A stretch of DNA of 64,000 nt from Octopus vulgaris (taxonomy: Eukaryota), in the NCBI GenBank assembly GCA_951406725.2, contig OX597818.1, forward strand, positions 67,022,001 to 67,086,000, given 5' to 3'. The stretch's first letter is position 1. Every line of letters starts with the position of its first letter. A program made the translations under genes and the position numbers. Below, piece after piece: positions 57,226-64,000 of this stretch. Below the pieces are notes generated by a model, which searched no databases, was not told the DNA's origin, and worked only from the letters and a program-made list of their open reading frames with translations.

Positions 57226-57228
<3 letters not shown>

Positions 57229-57385
57229 GGAGAATTTACGAAAAAATAGATGAAGACAGGTGGTGTACAAAAACAATCAGATGTATTAGTATAACGCTCT
57301 GGAATTGAAAATGTATTTTACGTTTGGAGCCTACGCTCTTCAACAGAAAGGAACACAGAAAGAAACAAGGAGAGAAACAAGGAGG

Positions 57386-57390
<5 letters not shown>
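57226..57390 (-). mobile_element. Short HHR-bearing element, CTGTTGA family
   Basis: Minus 57315-57350: cttt-CTGTTGA-A-gagc(gtag)gctc-CAAA-cgta (G12 mutated). In (TA)n. Confidence 0.7.
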
Positions 57391-57421
<31 letters not shown>

Positions 57422-58012
57422 CACAACGCATAAACATATTGAATGAAAGTCTTCTACATTATTGCTGGCAAGTGCATGACAGATGTAGATTTCTTACTCT
57501 TCAAAAGTGATCTTTCGTCTGAGTCGTTTCGACTTCATGTCACACCATGAGTGTTAAATGTATGGCACATGACAGTATTAGGTAAAAGGGAATTAATATT
57601 TCTTTGAGGTACATCCTTTATTAGTCAAACAAGTCATCCCTTTTTGTAGGTGTCATGTCTACAACCCACCAAACTATCCTCGACTTAACAAATTGTTATA
57701 TGTCCCACGGAATTATTTACACTGCTATCAATTTGTGTATATACGAAGTTTATTTAGAAATGTGTATGAAACTCACTCACACACACACATTTCCGATATG
57801 TGTGAGTGTGTGTGTATGTATGAATGTGTGTGCATGTATATCATACATATCTATACATGTACGTATATGTGTGTGTGCGAATGTGTGTATGTGTTTCTAT
57901 TAGTGTTTCTGTATGCGTACGCAGTGCACGTGTTCATATTATACGCTATAAATATCATTGAATATGCCTGGCGTGTACGACCGTAACAATATAGCGCTAA
58001 GTACATTAGGAT

Positions 58013-58592
58013 TGGCAGAAACGTTAGCACGCCTGGCGAAATGCATAGCGGTATTTCGTCTGCCGTTACGTTTTGAGTTCAAATTCCGCTGAGGTCGACT
58101 TTGCCTTTTGCCCTTCGGGGTCGATGAAATGAGTACCAGTAATGCACTGACGTCGATATAATGGACTTAATCGATTTGTCTCTCCTTGTTTGTCCCCTCT
58201 ATGTTTAGCCACTTGTGGGTAGTAAAGAAATAGGTATTTCGTCTGCTGTTACGTTCTGAGTTCAAATTCCGCCGAGTTCGACTCTGCCTTTCATCATTTT
58301 AGGGTCGATAAATTAAAAACCAGTTACACACTGGGGTCGATGTAGTCGACTTAATCCGTTTGACTGCCCTTGTTTATCCACTCTATGTTTAACCCCTTAT
58401 CGGTAATAAAGAAATAGATATTTCGTCGGCCCTTACGTACTGAGTTCAAATTCCGCCGAGGTCGACTTTGCCTTTCGGGGTCGATTAAATAAGTACCAGT
58501 TACGCACTGGAGTCGATTTAATAGACATAATTTGTTTGTCTGTCCTCTTTTATCCTCATTGTGTTTAGCCTCCTGTGAGCAAGAGAGACATA
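58013..58592 (+). mobile_element. SINE family A, trimeric copy
   Basis: One head followed by three ~183-bp units, with B boxes gagttcaaattcc at 58075, 58258 and 58442. Confidence 0.88.
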
Positions 58593-60840
58593 AATGTAAC
58601 TCTATGTATATTATCTAGAGTCAGTTCGCTTAAAAGATTTCTCCCAAATGCTGGATGGTTATTTCACAGCCAACGATATAACTCTTGCATGACCGATCAC
58701 TGAAATATAAAACGTCGTTGCTCATACCTTCTGCTACCCATTCTGTAACCTATCATTCTTGTTTTTTTGAAAAATAATGTCAACGAAATTTACAGAATCC
58801 CCTTTTCCTTACATTTCAACTGTGACAATTTTGTGCAGAGAAGTGTAAAGATCTTTCTCACCTTCTGACATCTTCACATACATATTTGATCTACATGCAA
58901 CTCTAACGCCGCCTTAACTTGCAGAAACACGAATATCAAAATATCTCTCATTTATTTAAACCAATATCTACGACAAACTCGACAATATATCACTTCAACT
59001 AAATTAAGGTTTAAACGCCTAAACTCTGCATCGTACACATTAACAATTCCATTTCTTTTTTTCTACAGATATATAGCCTGGTATTTGAAATCTTGCGGGA
59101 ATTTGGGCTTCTTACAACCAAGAGAAAGACCCAAATCCTAACAGCAATTATGCTTGTCCACTCATTTCCAATTTGCCAAAACTAAAATACACGCACAGTA
59201 ATAAATAGGTGCTGCAGTATCTTGAATCTTCTGCATATTTTGTCCCTCCCTCTGAATCATGCTTTGTTCTCTGGGGCCAAAAGGCCGGCATTCCTAAATC
59301 TCAACACACTGAAGCACTCGTCTGTTCTACTCAACTCGGTCTCTTAACTTTAGAGACATTTAAAGCATTAGAGTAACTACCAGCCATGTCTTTCCTATTC
59401 AAGTACTTCACCTACTGAGCATTTGTTTTCAGATCGCGAATCCATTTCGATGTTCATGAAGAACTTTCTTTTCCCTACACAATGGCATCCCTTATGAATC
59501 TGTGATCCAGATTATCCCTGACTTTCTTCTTTGTCTAATCCCAAAATCCAACTTCCTACCTATCAGCCCCCTCCCACGTGCAAACGATGCACGTTATTAT
59601 TTCGCTCTCCTCTTTCACAATTTAGCATCAACCAGGTTTTATCAAACACTAGAGATTGCACCTATTCTCATTGTGTGATGGAAGATCTCTTGGTAGACCA
59701 TCTCCCTTTTGTATCTTTCATCATCAACACGCTCAAACACTACACTACCTGAAACCCTACATCATCAAACTCAAAAGAGCTTCCCAGAACGTATTCTTTG
59801 AGTGTAATGAAATTATCTACACAAAACAATATTCTGAAATACATATACTAAAATTAGCATACACAACGGAAGAGAGAAGAAAATTTAAAAGAAGAGTTAA
59901 TTTAGAAAAAAAAATCAGTTTTGCTAATTAGCAAAACAGAAAAAAAAGTGTGTTAACATTCTTGGCATTTTGAACTTTCATAAAACGCAGCCATAAAATT
60001 CAATTTTACGTCACTTCTTTCAGAGATCAAATATTTCTGACCAACTGGCAATTAATTTCGAGTCACACATATTAGATTGCCGGATAAATCCGTTCGTTTC
60101 TTTCTAATGAAATTTAAAAGAAGTCAAATTATTTTATCGTAGTGTTTTACAGTAATTCTGACCTTCCTCTGCAATATATGTTTATCGTTTTCGAAATTTC
60201 AATAAATTTCACATTCACACTATGTATATGTTCGGCAGACGTGGTACTTATATAAAGCAAAACTTATGAACCCCAGCATTTTTATGTGCCGTGTTTGCTC
60301 ACTCGATTCCGGCCAACTCAAGTTTGACAAAGAAAGATTTCTTTACATTATTGTCACAGGTGTCGAAAACAGATATCTTTACGACTTATGGAACAGAGGA
60401 AAAAGGATCGTGGAATCACATTAAGCATAATAATGATCTGTGCTCGGTGCCAACGAAACGGGTTTTGCTAGGGCAAAATTTTCCGTTCAGCAAATGAAAC
60501 GGTTCCACGTGACTGTCCAAAGATCTGATTATCCATTCAGTGAGCTTCAGCAACGTGACAACGGCCATATGCCACTAACAGGGCCAACACTTTAATTGAA
60601 GAGCTCAGTTGAGGAGTCATATCGACTTCGCTGTTTTCTGCTGGTATAGTGCCTTTAGATCATTATTTTTTCAGCGACTCTACAACAGCCTATGTGAAGT
60701 TTTGTTCAATTTCGATGGATGAACTCTTCGAGTCAAGACCGGACAATATCTACCGGCAAGCAATTGATAGAACCAGCGGTACTTTGGCACGAAATCGAGA
60801 TTAATATATAAGATTATATTATTGATCTCTCTCTCTCTCT

Positions 60841-61210
60841 CTTTACTCTTTTACTATTTTACTTGTTTCAGTCATTTGACTGCGGCCATGCTGGAGCACT
60901 GCCTTTAATCGAGCAACTTGATCCCGGGACTTATTCTTTTGTAAGCCCAGTACTTATTCTCTCGGTCTCTTTTGCCGAACCGCTAAGTAACGGAGACATA
61001 AACACACCAGCATCGGTTGTCAAGCAAACACACACACGCATATATATATATATATATACTTTATTTAAGCAGCAGAAAATTCAACAAAATCTGTTACTCT
61101 GATCATATAGCAAAATGATGAACGGCAACGAGAATATATAATATATATATATTATACCACTGGTATTTATACTCTTTTTCCACCTTGTTTGACATTTATG
61201 TGTTTACTCC

Positions 61211-61256
<46 letters not shown>

Positions 61257-61427
61257 CATATATACGACGGGCTTCTTTCAGTTTCTGTCTACCAAATCCA
61301 CTAACAAGGCTTTGGTCGGCCCGAGGATATAGTAGAAGACACTTGCCCAAGGTGCCACGCAGTGGTACTGAACCCGGAACCATGTGGTTGGTAAACAAAC
61401 TACTTACCACAAACCCACTCCTGCGCC
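60841..61427 (-). mobile_element. SINE family B with a nested PLE end fragment (~61058-61212)
   Basis: Reverse complement of the 24620 family. The insert matches 22095-22160 (tttaagcagcagaaaattcaacaaaatctgttactctga) plus inverted tgatgaacggcaacgagaa. Confidence 0.85.
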
Positions 61428-62349
61428 TATGCTGAAATTTCATTAAATTTCAGGAGAAATAAGAATGGAAATTCAAAACGAACGAATTTATTTGACAACG
61501 CAATATTTAGAATATGGAGGAGACAGTGATCAATAAAATCTTTGGATTATCATAAATTGATAAATTAGCATAATGCTCTTTTGCATATACGAAATGAGTA
61601 GAATATGATTATGGATTCATCACATCCAGGATTTAATCATTTTCAGGAGGAGAATGCTAATGCATTTTCAATCAAATAATAAATATATGCTTCAAGAATA
61701 ATTTTGATTACATTTCTTTCCCAGTAATTCTTACAAAATCACATTAATGATTTTGAATTTTATTTTATAAATATTTTGCTTGTCACTTCTCTATAGATTA
61801 TATCGTAAACACCGGTTATAATTTATGAGCTTTGATCGTAGAAGAAAATTAGAATGCCTAAATGCAGAATAAAGGACATTCACTCGTAGCAGGTATTAAT
61901 TAGGGTTATGTAACGAAGCAGCGGCAGTTCTTCTATATAATTGTTCTGTCTGCTATCAAGAGTAAGCATCCACACATCTCCCGGGAGCATGTTGAAAGAG
62001 AAGAGTTTGATGTGGCCGTGGTTGAACTACATTTGAGTATAGATGTGATTAGTCAAAGCACGTTTTCTTTAAATATTATCGTGAATGAGTTTGCATCATT
62101 TATACATTAGCAAATTCAAAGGTAACCAACAGATTCGAAGCAACAAAGCAAAACCTTTTATATGCACTGGAGAGGAAAATATTTAGTAATTATCGGCACC
62201 TACATTTTGAATTGCTGATATGTAATATAAAATTTTAACGAAAACAAAACAACATTGTTTAATATGAATATTTTTTTAAAATTATGTTTCTGTGTTATTA
62301 ATTACTTTGAATATTTCTAAAATTTATTTCGGTAGTATTATCACGAATA

Positions 62350-62500
62350 TTTATTCAATTTTCAGCCGAGATCGACTTTGCCTTTCATCCTTTTGGGGTC
62401 GATTAAATAAGTACCAGTTACGTACTTGGGTCTAAATAATCGACTTAAACCCTTTATTTGTACCATCTGGTTAGCCACTTCTGGGCAATAAAGAAATAAA
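62350..62500 (+). mobile_element. SINE family A, 5'-truncated
   Basis: gccgagatcgactttgcctttcatccttttggggtcgattaaataagtaccag...aataaagaaata. Confidence 0.8.
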
Positions 62501-64000
62501 TATCTGTTCAATACATTTTCGGTTTAAGTAGATTACGAATCAAATTATAATGAATAATGCATTACGAGAAACGCAAGTTTCAACGGCAGGTATTTAGCCA
62601 ATTATCAAAAGTAGAATGAAACAGATTTTCATTCATAATGAGAAAATATTTTTTGGCAGCATTCGGTAAGTACTGGAAAAAGAGTCACGACATAATTCGC
62701 TGCCACTACCTTTTTCACAATCACATTTTACCGAAAGTGTTTTAGAAACGACCATGTGGCTCAGGAGGATACGGTAAACACCAGAGTCAACAGTCAAACG
62801 TAAGTTATTTTCAGTTTAAGATTGAGCACTTCCTACAACAAATATCTTATCGGTGAATTAACCCGTTATATTCGGTAACACAGCGAAAAATGAATGTGGA
62901 AGAGAGAAAAATCATCCAAAATATATGAATGCACTCATCTTTCGTTCATTCCTGCCGCTTACACTTCCAGACAATATTCACAAATTATAATATAAGCGCT
63001 ATGCACTACGCACTTCTGTCTTTCTCTCACTATATTCCCCATTCTCTCTCTCCCTTTCTATCTCTTTCCCTTTCTATCTCTATCTCTCTCTCACATATGT
63101 ACTGCGAAGGAGAGAGAGATGACGGGAGACATTTCTTTAAATGAGATCCAGAAAGAAGTTATTTGGTAATTCACAACTCCTATAATATTCCAAAGAATAC
63201 AATGACGAATGAAATCTTAAGTGTGACGTAAAAAATAAAACCAACACAAAAACGCGAATGGATGTTGTTAAAATTGTGCCATTAAATGTCGTTAATATTA
63301 TGTAAATATGCTCCAGTTATATTTGCAATGTGCACTACGAACGTAACATTTTATCACACATAATTTAAACCCCAAATCATCGGGCTCACCATACATAAGA
63401 GCAAGTAGATACGTGTTGTTAAATCAACACGTCATCAGCAGGCGAAATATCAGAGCAGTATTACCAACATTTAACAAAAATACAAAGCGGGTGGCGCTAC
63501 TGTCAATAAATCACGGGGACTGTTGGAAAAAAACTGACTGCAAATTGAATAATAGTCATAAATATTTTAGTAGTGTCCAATGCTGTGCATAGCACTGGCG
63601 ATCTGCGGTATACAATTTTACCAAAGCCACGCTTTATGTACGACAGCACCAACTTTAATGACATTTTAAAAATGGATATGTCTTTTAGCGATACTTCAAG
63701 TTGCAACCCCAATTTTCTACCCATGCAAGTAATTGGCATTGTGTATTCGTAGTCAGTTTACGTTTTTTAGATGTTAGTACTTTATAAATTCTCCTTGTTA
63801 ATGGTCTATTGAAGGATCAAGATGTCGCTAGTCGTATAAAAGGTAAACCAGATGAGATGAGAGGTGCATGGCACATTATGTGCTGCGATGCATGTTGTAG
63901 ATAGCGCAGTCCAGACTGTGCCACGTGTATATTCAAAGACTCTTAAGGAAACAGTTGTACCTGTATCTGATAATCCATTCTTTCAGTTCATTCTTATATG

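Noticed and set aside
58013-58592. CRISPR-like or satellite array
   Set aside because: Units are whole ~183-bp SINE bodies with no unique spacers, in a eukaryotic context with no cas genes.

Overview
AT-rich, microsatellite-saturated eukaryotic DNA with no supportable host protein-coding gene, rRNA or tRNA. It is intergenic or deep-intronic, and its repeat content resembles an octopus/cephalopod genome (inference). Almost all long ORFs in the track are artefacts of (TA)n, (CA)n, (CAT)n or (ATT)n repeats. Real coding signal comes only from decayed mobile elements: two Penelope-like element (PLE) fragments (RT with YRDD plus GIY-YIG; GIY-YIG only), two CR1-type LINE 3' ends, three Tc1-like relics (one DD34E with an apparent 114-bp intron, one DD36E) and three mariner relics. 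There are also two tRNA-derived SINE families and several MITEs. The main observation is about 20 type I hammerhead ribozyme (HHR) motifs, intact or decayed, from about ten unrelated sequence families. They sit in short 150-1000 bp mostly non-coding elements inserted in (TA)n/(ATT)n tracts, often with inverted or direct terminal duplications (PLE pseudo-LTR or retrozyme-like). They include recurrent core variants (U3-A8 covariation, A6U, U4C, extra A after position 9) and palindromic minimal stem III. All alignments and folds were done by eye, so boundaries are approximate.
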